From: a virus
Taxonomy: Duplodnaviria > Caudoviricetes
Strand: one strand, 5' to 3'
Virus record (IMG/VR): IMGVR_UViG_3300030376_007431
Location: 1-64,000 of that record
DNA: 64,000 bases
The position numbers were made by a program, and so were the translations under genes. The notes beneath the pieces are model-generated. The model ran no database searches. It was not told where the DNA came from and saw only the letters and a program-made list of their open reading frames with translations. Shown in pieces: positions 45,072 to 54,160 of this stretch (positions are counted from its first letter, which is position 1; every line of letters starts with the position of its first letter).

Positions 45072-46643
45072 ATGAATTGGGTTCCATTAAATGTGAAGAC
45101 GCATTTTAGTCTTCAGAGAGGATTCTCTAAACCTGACAAGCTAGCTAAAAAGTGCAAAGAATTTGGGTACACAGCTTGTGCTATTACAGACATTAATACT
45201 ATTTCTGGAGCTGTTACATTCTACAAAGAGTGCAAAAAGAATGGCATAAAACCTATAATTGGTTGCACTTTAGAGTTTGATAACGGCAAGAAGAAGACTC
45301 TCATTTCTAAGAACAAAAAAGGGTGGTATGCGTTAATTGACTTGGTGTCAAAAAAGAATATGTATGAAGACGATGTGGTATATAAACTTATACAGTCTTC
45401 GCTTGACGAGAATCTAATATGCGTTGATGGACTTAAGCAATATTCTACATACTATGTTGAGCCTTCCGAAGCGGAGGTACACAGAATATTATTGTGTTCA
45501 GGCATGAAGACAACAATGTCTAAAGCCAAATCCAAACTAGACTCGTTCAAACATCTAAAACCGTTCTTTTCCTCAGACGGTTTTTATTTGCCAAACATGC
45601 AAGAAGTTGAAGAAAAATATACAAGTGAGCAGATTGTTCTTAGTGTAGAGATAGCGGATCAATGTGAAGAGTATAACATCTTAGGCGCTCCAATGTTGCC
45701 AGAATTTGACTGTCCCGATGATTACACAGAAGACGAATATCTAAAGCAGTTATGTAGGGACGGCTGGCGTAAATTGCTTACTGAGACTGGTAAGATTGAC
45801 GACGAAACTAGAAAGCAACAGTATCTCGACAGAATCAAAAATGAGATGGATGTTATATTTGAAGCTAAGCTTTCTGGATACTTTCTGATTGTTCAGGATA
45901 TTGTCAACCATGTAAGGTCTCAGAATTGGCTTCCGGGCCCCGGAAGAGGCTCCGCTGCAGGATGTCTGATTTCTTATCTGATTGGTATTACTGAAATTGA
46001 CCCGATTGAGTATGATTTAATTTTTGAGCGGTTCTACAACGCTGGACGTAATACCGAAGATCACGTATCGCTCCCTGATATTGACTTAGACGTACCTGCA
46101 GAAAACAGGGATGAGGTAATAACATACATCAAATCAAAGTATGGGCAAGACAACGTATCACAAATGATTACATTTAATAAGCTGCAGGGTAGAGCTGCAC
46201 TTAAAGAAATCATGCGTATAAACAGCACTGTCTCTTTCGGAGAGATGAACGATGTAACCAAAAACATTCCTAATGAAGCCGATGTTTCTGACCTGATTGA
46301 GCAAAGCGGAGAGAAATCCTTGATAAAGTGGACACTAAAATATCAGCCTGAAGTTTTGGATAGATGGTGTAAGTTGAACAGCGAAGACGATCTTGTGGGT
46401 CCTTTGTCGTTGGTTTTTGAGCAGGCTATGGACATAGAGGGAACGATCAAGTCGCAGGGTAAACACGCGGCTGGAGTAATCATATCATCGAATAAACTAA
46501 CTCAAGTTTGCCCGATGGTGCAAGATAAAAACAACAACCTTGTTGCTGGTTTTGAAATGGGAGACCTTGAAGAACAGGGACATGTTAAATTTGATATATT
46601 GGGCATTGACCTACTTAGTAAAATAATGGAGATAAAAGAATAA
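45072..46643 (+). CDS. dnaE: DNA polymerase III alpha, N-terminal half (degenerate PHP domain plus palm/thumb)
   Basis: GPGRGSAAG, ITEIDP...LIFERF, LPDIDLD, GKHAAGVII, KFDILG; ends about 11 residues later. Confidence 0.92.
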   Translation: MNWVPLNVKTHFSLQRGFSKPDKLAKKCKEFGYTACAITDINTISGAVTFYKECKKNGIKPIIGCTLEFDNGKKKTLISKNKKGWYALIDLVSKKNMYEDDVVYKLIQSSLDENLICVDGLKQYSTYYVEPSEAEVHRILLCSGMKTTMSKAKSKLDSFKHLKPFFSSDGFYLPNMQEVEEKYTSEQIVLSVEIADQCEEYNILGAPMLPEFDCPDDYTEDEYLKQLCRDGWRKLLTETGKIDDETRKQQYLDRIKNEMDVIFEAKLSGYFLIVQDIVNHVRSQNWLPGPGRGSAAGCLISYLIGITEIDPIEYDLIFERFYNAGRNTEDHVSLPDIDLDVPAENRDEVITYIKSKYGQDNVSQMITFNKLQGRAALKEIMRINSTVSFGEMNDVTKNIPNEADVSDLIEQSGEKSLIKWTLKYQPEVLDRWCKLNSEDDLVGPLSLVFEQAMDIEGTIKSQGKHAAGVIISSNKLTQVCPMVQDKNNNLVAGFEMGDLEEQGHVKFDILGIDLLSKIMEIKE

Positions 46644-46858
46644 TGGATGTTACAGCTGACTATAAGTCTGTCCTGTTTTCAGGATGCGCTATTGAATACA
46701 AAGATATTAGCCTATGCAATTTAGGCTCATATTTACCTTCAAGACTTGGTATGTCTCGAACATATCAGGTTCACTCAAAGAAACATAAGTTCAGTAAAAT
46801 ATACAAAAATGTTGATGATGCTGTCTGCATGTTTCTAGAACTAAAGAGGAGATCTTAA
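46643..46858 (+). CDS. Small hypothetical protein inside the split dnaE locus
   Basis: TAATG overlaps on both sides. Confidence 0.6.
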   Translation: MDVTADYKSVLFSGCAIEYKDISLCNLGSYLPSRLGMSRTYQVHSKKHKFSKIYKNVDDAVCMFLELKRRS

Positions 46859-47547
46859 TGAATTACAGAGATATAATTGTTTTTGACTTTGAAACCGGAT
46901 CTAGAAATCCACACAAGACACAGCCAACGCAAATCGCAGCTATCGCCCTTCATGGTCGTAAGCTGACGGTTCAACCCGGAGGAGTCTTTAACAGCGAAAT
47001 CCGCCCCATTCTAGATGACAAAAAAGCGATTGAGGCAGGCTTTGATCCTATAGAAGACGAAGCTCTTGACATCACAGGCAAGACACGTAAAGCATTAGCC
47101 AAGGCGCCCCTACCTAAAACGGTATGGCAGAAGTTTGAAGACTTTTGTAATAAGTTTAATTTTAGAGGCACATCTTATACTGCTCCTATTGCTGCCGGTT
47201 ACAATATCATTGGTTTTGACCTGCCAATCGTTCAGCGTATGTGTGACATGCACGGGACTACTGACTCAAGAGGTCGCCAAACTGTGTTCAATCCGATCTT
47301 TAAGTTAGACTTGATGGATATGGTATTCTCTTGGACTGAGAACAATAAGGACTTCAAGAGCCTCAGCATGGACTTTCTAAGAGACTATATGGGCTTCCCT
47401 GAAGAAAGCAAGGAGAACGCTCACGACGCGCTACAGGACGTTAAAGACACAGCTAATATACTTATTAAGTTTTTAAAGTTCCAGAGAAACATTTCGGAAA
47501 AAACCAAATTTGAGAAAGCATTTGCAAATGGCGAATTCTACGTTTAA
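46858..47547 (+). CDS. DEDDh 3'-5' exonuclease (DnaQ/epsilon-like)
   Basis: VFDFETG, AGYNIIGFDL, AHDALQD. Confidence 0.9.
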   Translation: MNYRDIIVFDFETGSRNPHKTQPTQIAAIALHGRKLTVQPGGVFNSEIRPILDDKKAIEAGFDPIEDEALDITGKTRKALAKAPLPKTVWQKFEDFCNKFNFRGTSYTAPIAAGYNIIGFDLPIVQRMCDMHGTTDSRGRQTVFNPIFKLDLMDMVFSWTENNKDFKSLSMDFLRDYMGFPEESKENAHDALQDVKDTANILIKFLKFQRNISEKTKFEKAFANGEFYV

Positions 47548-49090
47548 TATTGATGACTATAATGACTCTGGTGTTTGGGATTTAATTTGTGAGGGACAAA
47601 CAAAAGGTGTCTTTCAGTTAGAGTCACAGCTTGGCAGATCGTGGGCTAAAAGGGTGCGTCCTCGCAACATTGAAGAATTAGCAGCGTTAATATCTTTGAT
47701 TAGGCCCGGATGTCTGAAGGCTTTTACCGAAGGTAAATCAATGACACAGCATTATGTTGACCGTAAAGCTGGTATTGATGAAGTCAAATATTTACATGAA
47801 AGTCTTAAGCCAATCCTTGAAGAGACTTATGGGGTTCTTGTGTATCAAGAGCAATCCATGAAGATTGCACAGCAGCTTGCGGGATTTGATTTAAAGGAAG
47901 CGGATAGTCTTCGTAAGGCCATCGGTAAGAAAAAGGCAGACTTAATGAACCAGATCAAAGGGTCTTTCCTTGAGGGGGCCGTTTCTGTTGGAGGATTAGA
48001 AAAAGAAACTGCGGAAGAAATCTTTAGCTGGATCGAAAAGTCAAATAGATATGCGTTTAACAAGTCTCACGCTGTATCTTATGCTGTTAACGCCTACAGG
48101 AGCGCATACTGCAAACATTACAGAAAGGTAAAGTTTTTTGAGGTTTATCTAAATCACTCTGAAAGAAAACCAGATAGTCAACTAGAAATTAAAGAGCTGG
48201 TTTCTGATTCTAAGATGTACGATATAGAAAATTTGCCACCCAGACTGGGCCATTTTTATGAAGATTTTACAGCCAAAGACAACACAATATATTTTGGGAT
48301 TACTAGCGTTAAGGGCGTTGGTGGGTCAGAGGCAAATAAAATGCTGTCGCTTATACCTGATCTTGAGGAAAGGTTAGACAAGCAGTTTTCAGAGTTTACA
48401 TGGGCTGATACGTTATTCAATTTTGGCCTCAAGATAAATAAGACATGTATGGAGTCTCTTATAAATGTTGGAGCCTTTAATGGTTCAAACAATAGAAAGC
48501 ACCGAAATGCAATGCTTTATGAATACAAGAGCTATAGAAATCTTTCTTCTAGGGAAAGAGAATGGCTGTCGGAAAACTATCTAGACACAGCATCTTTGGT
48601 TCAAAACATTGATAATATGATAAACAATCTAAAAATAAACTCAAATAGACTAATCAAGGTATTTGATGTTCGTAATGTTGTTGAGTCTCCTCCTTTTGAT
48701 ATATCCGATCATCCAGACTGGATAGCTGATACAGAAAAAAAGTATATGGGTACATCTCTAACATTTTCAAAAACCGATTCTATCCAAAGCTCAATAGTTG
48801 ACTCTACATGTAAAGAAATATTAACAGGTAAAACGGGTAAGGTAACGCTTGTCCTGCATGTGAACTCTCTTAGGGAATACACAACTAAGAATGGGAAAAA
48901 TCCGGGACAGATCATGGCGTTCCTATCAGTAGAAGATAGCACAGCTACGCTAGACTCGGCTATAGTATTCCCAGATGCGTATGAAGAATTCAAGGGTATA
49001 TTGTACGAAGGTAATACTGTAATAGCATTCGGACAAGTTTCTAAGAAAAAAGATACAAGTTTGATCATTAACAAAGTGTCTCAAGCATAA
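47528..49090 (+). CDS. dnaE: DNA polymerase III alpha, C-terminal half (fingers, HhH, OB fold)
   Basis: TKGVFQLES, ALISLIRPG, ILEETYGVLVYQEQ, ADSLRKAIGKK, YAFNKSHAVSY, GITSVKGVG, C-terminal MAFLSVED OB fold. Confidence 0.92.
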   Translation: MANSTFNIDDYNDSGVWDLICEGQTKGVFQLESQLGRSWAKRVRPRNIEELAALISLIRPGCLKAFTEGKSMTQHYVDRKAGIDEVKYLHESLKPILEETYGVLVYQEQSMKIAQQLAGFDLKEADSLRKAIGKKKADLMNQIKGSFLEGAVSVGGLEKETAEEIFSWIEKSNRYAFNKSHAVSYAVNAYRSAYCKHYRKVKFFEVYLNHSERKPDSQLEIKELVSDSKMYDIENLPPRLGHFYEDFTAKDNTIYFGITSVKGVGGSEANKMLSLIPDLEERLDKQFSEFTWADTLFNFGLKINKTCMESLINVGAFNGSNNRKHRNAMLYEYKSYRNLSSREREWLSENYLDTASLVQNIDNMINNLKINSNRLIKVFDVRNVVESPPFDISDHPDWIADTEKKYMGTSLTFSKTDSIQSSIVDSTCKEILTGKTGKVTLVLHVNSLREYTTKNGKNPGQIMAFLSVEDSTATLDSAIVFPDAYEEFKGILYEGNTVIAFGQVSKKKDTSLIINKVSQA

Positions 49091-49095
49091 AAGTT

Positions 49096-49104
49096 TGCTA
49101 TAAT
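49096..49104 (+). promoter_or_regulatory. Possible extended -10 promoter upstream of ssb copy 2
   Basis: TGcTATAAT in an intergenic gap; no good -35. Confidence 0.45.
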
Positions 49105-49134
49105 CTTTTATACATACTTTGGATAGGAGACACA

Positions 49135-49473
49135 ATGAATAACTGTAACTTTGTAGGTAGACTAGCATCTGATGTAGAATTAAAAGATGTTGGATCTACG
49201 AAATTGGCAACATTTTCAATAGCTGTGGAAGAGCATAGAAAAGACAAAGAGGGAAACAAGAAGAAAAGAGTTGACTTTTTTGAGTTCGAGGCTTGGGACA
49301 CGGGAGCTATAACAATACAGAAAATGTGTAAAAAGGGCGATATGGTAGCTGTTCAATGCTGTGCCAGACAACAAAAATGGACAGACTCGACTGGAAATTC
49401 AAAACAAAAAGTAAACTTTAGAATGCAAAGCTTTAAGGTGTTTCATGGAAAAGAACCTAGTAATGAACAATGA
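49135..49473 (+). CDS. ssb: Single-stranded DNA-binding protein (copy 2, lacks the acidic tail)
   Basis: NNCNFVGRLASDVELK, FSIAV, EAWD...A, KGDMVAV. Confidence 0.85.
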   Translation: MNNCNFVGRLASDVELKDVGSTKLATFSIAVEEHRKDKEGNKKKRVDFFEFEAWDTGAITIQKMCKKGDMVAVQCCARQQKWTDSTGNSKQKVNFRMQSFKVFHGKEPSNEQ

Positions 49474-49924
49474 TGAATTGAGCTTGGAGGCCAACTTAGA
49501 TATAATTATTTGTCTGGTCACTGAGTTTAGTAACTCCGTAGATTCGTATGAGTTTGAAGATCTTCTACAGGTAGCGTATTTAGGCGCACTTAAGGCAATA
49601 AAAAATTATGACGAGGAAGTAGGCCCTCTAAAACCCTATGTTTTTTCTTGTGTTAGAAATCATCTACTAAGATTCCTAAAGAGCGAAAAAAGATGGTCTG
49701 AGTCCGTAGAATTGATTTCAAATATTTCACCTAAATATAATGATGACCATACTTTTATGGAATTCAAAAACGTGATAGACAATACAAAAAAGCTATTGCC
49801 TCTCGAAAGAAACTTATTGCATATGAAGGTGTTAGGGCTTTCAAGAAAAGAGATTTGCGATAATCTTAGCCTGACCAAAAATGAATATTATAATTTTATG
49901 TACTCAGGATTAAACAAGATCTAA
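49445..49924 (+). CDS. Phage sigma-70-family sigma factor (copy 2)
   Basis: EDLLQVAYLGALKAIKNYD...Y...VRNHL; region 4 LPLERNLL...GLSRKEICDNLSL. Confidence 0.8.
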   Translation: MEKNLVMNNDELSLEANLDIIICLVTEFSNSVDSYEFEDLLQVAYLGALKAIKNYDEEVGPLKPYVFSCVRNHLLRFLKSEKRWSESVELISNISPKYNDDHTFMEFKNVIDNTKKLLPLERNLLHMKVLGLSRKEICDNLSLTKNEYYNFMYSGLNKI

Positions 49925-49927
49925 AGA

Positions 49928-51595
49928 ATGAGAAGAAAAAAAATACTAATCTGCACCGAAGCCCACTGGCTACCCACCGGCTACTCCGTGTATACCAAAG
50001 AAGTTTTAGGTAGACTTAGCAGAAACCCTAATTTTGAAATAGCTGAGTTAGCCTGCTATGTCACACAAGAAGAGGCTGATGGCCAAAACGTACCTTGGAA
50101 AATTATAGCTAATCAACCACTAAAAAATGGTCCGGAGTGGGAAGTATATAAATCAAGTCCTTCTAGTGAATTCGGGGAGTTCAAGTTTAACGAAACTTTG
50201 ATTGACTTTATGCCAGATTTTGTTATGGATATAAGAGACTGGTGGATGTTGGAGTTCGTTGGTCGTACGCTTTTCCGAGATTTCTTTCAATGGGCAATAA
50301 TGCCGGCTGTTGACGCTCGCCCTCAAAACAAACAATGGGTAGATACGTACTCATCCGCAGATGCAGTATTTGCATATTCTGAGTTTGGTAGGGATGTATT
50401 GCTAGGGCAGTCGGATGGAATGAATTTTATAGATGTCGCATCACCTTGCGCAAGTCCTGTTTTTCATCCACCGGAAAGCAAAAGTGAACACAAGAAGCTT
50501 GGAGGTATAGATCCAGATTCTTTCGTTATAGGTACGGTAATGAGAAACCAAAGGAGAAAGCTCTACCCAGACTTATTTGAAGTATTCGCAAACTTCTTAG
50601 ATGCAACCAAAGCAAACAACGCCTACTTATATTGCCACACCGCTTATCCAGATTTAGGCTGGGAAATACCGCAACTTCTTCATGAATACGGTATCGGAGA
50701 CAGGGTATTATTTACATACAGATGTAAAAAATGTGGCACAATTACTCCAAAGCTATTCAGTGACGTAATATCTCACTGTTCTCACTGCGGAAGTTACGAA
50801 TCTCAGATGATTGGAATAAATAACAAAGCAACTGAAGAGGATCTAGCGGAAGTCTATAGGCTATTCGATGTCTATATTCAGTATGCTAATAGCGAAGGTT
50901 TTGGGATGCCTCAACTAGAGGCGACCAGTACTGGATTACCCTTGATAACGGTTGATTATTCAGCAATGGAGTCGGTGGGAAATAAGATTGGTGCATTCAA
51001 AGTTCCTGTCATGAAACTACACACCGAGTGTGAAACTGGATGCTTACGAGCTATACCAGACAATGATGCAGCAATGTTGTATCTCATGAAACTTTATTCG
51101 CTTGGGAATGAGGCTGTGGTTGATTCCGGCGAAAGAATGAGACAGGCAACGTTAGAAAACTATAGCTGGGATACGACGGCACAGAAGTGGGGTGACTATT
51201 TTGACAGAACTCCCGTGCTTGACCTGAAGAAAACATGGCTTTCTCCGCCAAGAATGTTTAACCCAGCTAAGGAAATACCTGCGAATTTAACAACAATCAA
51301 AGATCAAGTTGACTTTTTGTTTGCTAATGTTCTTGGGCGCCCAGAGTGGATAGGAAATTATTTTTGGAAGAGAACAGTTAGAGACCTCACATACAAGAGT
51401 ACAATGGCCAGCACTGCTGTTGACTTTCATTTTAGTGAATCTCATACTGGCTCTCATGATGTAAGAGCTTGGAGTCGCTTTACTTTGCAAGATGCACATG
51501 AGAGTTTTATTAAGGCGGCAGAAGTAAACAATCAATGGGAACGCTATCGCCTAGAAAAAGTTGAAGCTATAATGTCTGGAGGAGTCAGCAGATAA
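49928..51595 (+). CDS. GT4-like glycosyltransferase with zinc-ribbon insertion
   Basis: TGYSVY, GTVMRNQRRK, EGFGMPQLEA; inserted CKKC...CSHC. Confidence 0.85.
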   Translation: MRRKKILICTEAHWLPTGYSVYTKEVLGRLSRNPNFEIAELACYVTQEEADGQNVPWKIIANQPLKNGPEWEVYKSSPSSEFGEFKFNETLIDFMPDFVMDIRDWWMLEFVGRTLFRDFFQWAIMPAVDARPQNKQWVDTYSSADAVFAYSEFGRDVLLGQSDGMNFIDVASPCASPVFHPPESKSEHKKLGGIDPDSFVIGTVMRNQRRKLYPDLFEVFANFLDATKANNAYLYCHTAYPDLGWEIPQLLHEYGIGDRVLFTYRCKKCGTITPKLFSDVISHCSHCGSYESQMIGINNKATEEDLAEVYRLFDVYIQYANSEGFGMPQLEATSTGLPLITVDYSAMESVGNKIGAFKVPVMKLHTECETGCLRAIPDNDAAMLYLMKLYSLGNEAVVDSGERMRQATLENYSWDTTAQKWGDYFDRTPVLDLKKTWLSPPRMFNPAKEIPANLTTIKDQVDFLFANVLGRPEWIGNYFWKRTVRDLTYKSTMASTAVDFHFSESHTGSHDVRAWSRFTLQDAHESFIKAAEVNNQWERYRLEKVEAIMSGGVSR

Positions 51596-52707
51596 TGAAG
51601 GTATTATATATAGGAAATTACAATGACCAGACCGGCTGGGGTGATGCAGCATTAAATAATATATTAGCCCTAGATTCCGCAGGCGTAGATGTTGTACCTA
51701 GATCTATTTCTTTTAATAATTCTCATATTGCGAATGAACTAAGAATCAAACAGCTAGAACTTAATAGCACAAAAGGGTGCGATATATGTATTCAGCATAC
51801 ACTACCTAACCTTTATTCTTATCATGAGGGTTTAAAAAATATAGGCGTATTCTATACCGAAACTCTAACTTTCACTGAGAGTATGTGGCACAAACATATA
51901 AACCTATTAGATGAAGTGTGGGTAGCTAATAGCCAAATGGCGGAGGCGTGTCAAAAAAGTTTGGTCAACATTCCAGTGAGTATTGCTCCACTATCTTTAG
52001 ATATCGCAGATTACGGAGATAGATATAAAGATTGCGCGACTATGGATAACATCGAGTCCACATTTAATTTTTGCTTTGTTGGAGAGATGATACACAGAAA
52101 AAACATTGAAGGCTTGCTCAGAGCATTCCATACAGAGTTTCACCCGTCTGAACCTGTTAATCTCTTCCTAAAAGTAACAAAGTCAGGATACAATTCACAA
52201 GACACACTATCTTATTTTGAAGCAATGGCGGCCAACGTAAAAAGAAACTTAAAGATAAGAGACAATTATAAAGAGGAAGTAGTTGTTTCCGGACATTTAG
52301 AAAAAAGACACCTAAAGTCGCTTATGGCAAAATGCAACTGTTTTGTTATGCCTAGTTTTGGAGAAGCTTGGTGCATACCTGCCTTAGAAGCCATGGCTTT
52401 GGCTATGCCTGTCATATACACTAAGGGGACTGGCATGGATGATTTTTGTTACGGTTGGAGCGTTGACTCTAGACCTTCACCATGCTATGGAGCTACTGAC
52501 TCTCTTGGTGGCCTCTACACATCAAAGACTAAATGGGTAGAGCCTGATATTGAGTCGCTAGCTTCGTGCATGAGGGTCGCATTTGAGACGTATAAAAATT
52601 CACCTCAGAAATATAGCGAGATGCAGCAGAACGCAAGAAGCCGCGCTGTGAAATACGACCGCCTATCTATAGGTAGAAAATTAAAGGAGTTACTGCAAAA
52701 TGGCTAA
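51595..52707 (+). CDS. GT4-like glycosyltransferase
   Basis: GEMIHRKNIEGL, FVMPSFGEAWCIPALEAMA. Confidence 0.88.
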   Translation: MKVLYIGNYNDQTGWGDAALNNILALDSAGVDVVPRSISFNNSHIANELRIKQLELNSTKGCDICIQHTLPNLYSYHEGLKNIGVFYTETLTFTESMWHKHINLLDEVWVANSQMAEACQKSLVNIPVSIAPLSLDIADYGDRYKDCATMDNIESTFNFCFVGEMIHRKNIEGLLRAFHTEFHPSEPVNLFLKVTKSGYNSQDTLSYFEAMAANVKRNLKIRDNYKEEVVVSGHLEKRHLKSLMAKCNCFVMPSFGEAWCIPALEAMALAMPVIYTKGTGMDDFCYGWSVDSRPSPCYGATDSLGGLYTSKTKWVEPDIESLASCMRVAFETYKNSPQKYSEMQQNARSRAVKYDRLSIGRKLKELLQNG

Positions 52708-53731
52708 TGCTACACAGCAATCCATAAGGTCTATAATTAGAAGATCTCAACTGACACCTCAGCAAAAGTTAAACATCTTGACGTTTTGCACACATGAAAG
52801 ATACGAGCAGAACCTATGCAAGACAGGTCATAATTTCTATGCTATCAACCAAGGCAAGACTTGGAATAAAGATTTTGGAGTCATACCAGACAATTACCAT
52901 GAAATAGATGTATTACCTTGGCACGTTGGGTTTGACTTAGTATTATGCCACACTAGCTGTGATAGGTTAATAACAGCCAAAAAAATCCAGAACATGTATA
53001 ATATACCTATAATCCGGCATACTCATGTGCTGCCAGATGTAAGGCTTGATGTACAGAACCAAATACATTCATTCAATAGCATTGAGGTTGATCACAATAG
53101 TTTTATATCCAATTACAATAGATCTGCGTGGGGATATGGCCACGAAAATACGTCCTTCATAGAGCATGGGATTGACTATAAGTTTTGGTCTGATAATTCC
53201 AATGACGAAAAAGAAAGGGAGAATGTCTGTATCTCGGTCGTTAACCAGTGGCCAAATAGAGATTGGTGCTGCGGGTGGAATTTATGGAAAGAAACAGTAG
53301 GATTTTCGGAAGAGACCATGCAGGCATCGCTGCCAATAAAGGTTCTTGGCGATAGTCCCGGACTATCCGAAGCCGCCCCTAGTATAGAATCCCTGAGAGG
53401 CTCATATAGGGCTTCTTCTGTTTTCCTTAATACTTCTCTCCATTCACCAGTACCTACCGTCCTGATGGAAGCTATGGCTTCTGGATGCGCTATAGTAAGC
53501 ACTAACAACTGCATGATTCCAGAAATAATCCAGCATGGTGAGAACGGTCTGCTTGCGGATACCGCAGATGAGCTACGCGCATCTTGCCAGTATCTGCTTA
53601 ACAATCCAGACGAATCGAGAAGACTGGGCCAAAATGCACAAGACACAATAAAAGAAAAATACAATCTAGAAAGATTCGTACATAACTGGAATGAGTTATT
53701 TTTCGGAACAATAGATAATTATAGGAAATAA
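52700..53731 (+). CDS. GT4-like glycosyltransferase
   Basis: VFLNTS..SPVPTVLMEAMASG...IQHGENGLL. Confidence 0.88.
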   Translation: MANATQQSIRSIIRRSQLTPQQKLNILTFCTHERYEQNLCKTGHNFYAINQGKTWNKDFGVIPDNYHEIDVLPWHVGFDLVLCHTSCDRLITAKKIQNMYNIPIIRHTHVLPDVRLDVQNQIHSFNSIEVDHNSFISNYNRSAWGYGHENTSFIEHGIDYKFWSDNSNDEKERENVCISVVNQWPNRDWCCGWNLWKETVGFSEETMQASLPIKVLGDSPGLSEAAPSIESLRGSYRASSVFLNTSLHSPVPTVLMEAMASGCAIVSTNNCMIPEIIQHGENGLLADTADELRASCQYLLNNPDESRRLGQNAQDTIKEKYNLERFVHNWNELFFGTIDNYRK

Positions 53732-53733
53732 TA

Positions 53734-54156
53734 ATGAGAATCATACTATCCAACACAGAGCCAAGTTTAAAAAACTATACTTGGATTAAAGACATTTCTT
53801 CTTTAGATGAAGTTGTTGATGACGCTGAAGCCACTGAGATTATAGTTGATAATTTTTTATCTTCTTTTAACTTCTCATTTGCTGGTGAGGCTCTCAAGAA
53901 AATACTATCTAAACTAAGAACTAGAGGGACTATTACAGTTTACGTTAAAGATATTTCTTTAATCTGCCATAATGTGGCGTCAGTTGCTTTAGATATATCT
54001 GATATAAACACACTATTCTTTGAGGATAGTCAGGCTATAGCTTCTGTTCTTAATTTGTCTAATGTAGACGATATTCTAACTCAGTGTGGATTAACAGTTA
54101 AAGAAAAACATCTAAATATTGAAACATGCCAAGGCATTATTGTAGCAGCGAGGTAA
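53734..54156 (+). CDS. Degenerate class I methyltransferase-like fragment
   Basis: ATEIIVDNFLSSF...ALKKILSKLRTRGTITV resembles the D.I...LEH...L.E..RVLKPGG motif, without motif I. Confidence 0.35.
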   Translation: MRIILSNTEPSLKNYTWIKDISSLDEVVDDAEATEIIVDNFLSSFNFSFAGEALKKILSKLRTRGTITVYVKDISLICHNVASVALDISDINTLFFEDSQAIASVLNLSNVDDILTQCGLTVKEKHLNIETCQGIIVAAR

Positions 54157-54160
54157 AACT

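Noticed and set aside
46600-47560. Split intein or group I/II intron explaining the dnaE break
   Set aside because: There are no intein terminal motifs and no homing endonuclease. The gap is fully occupied by two coupled ORFs, with no room for ribozyme structure.
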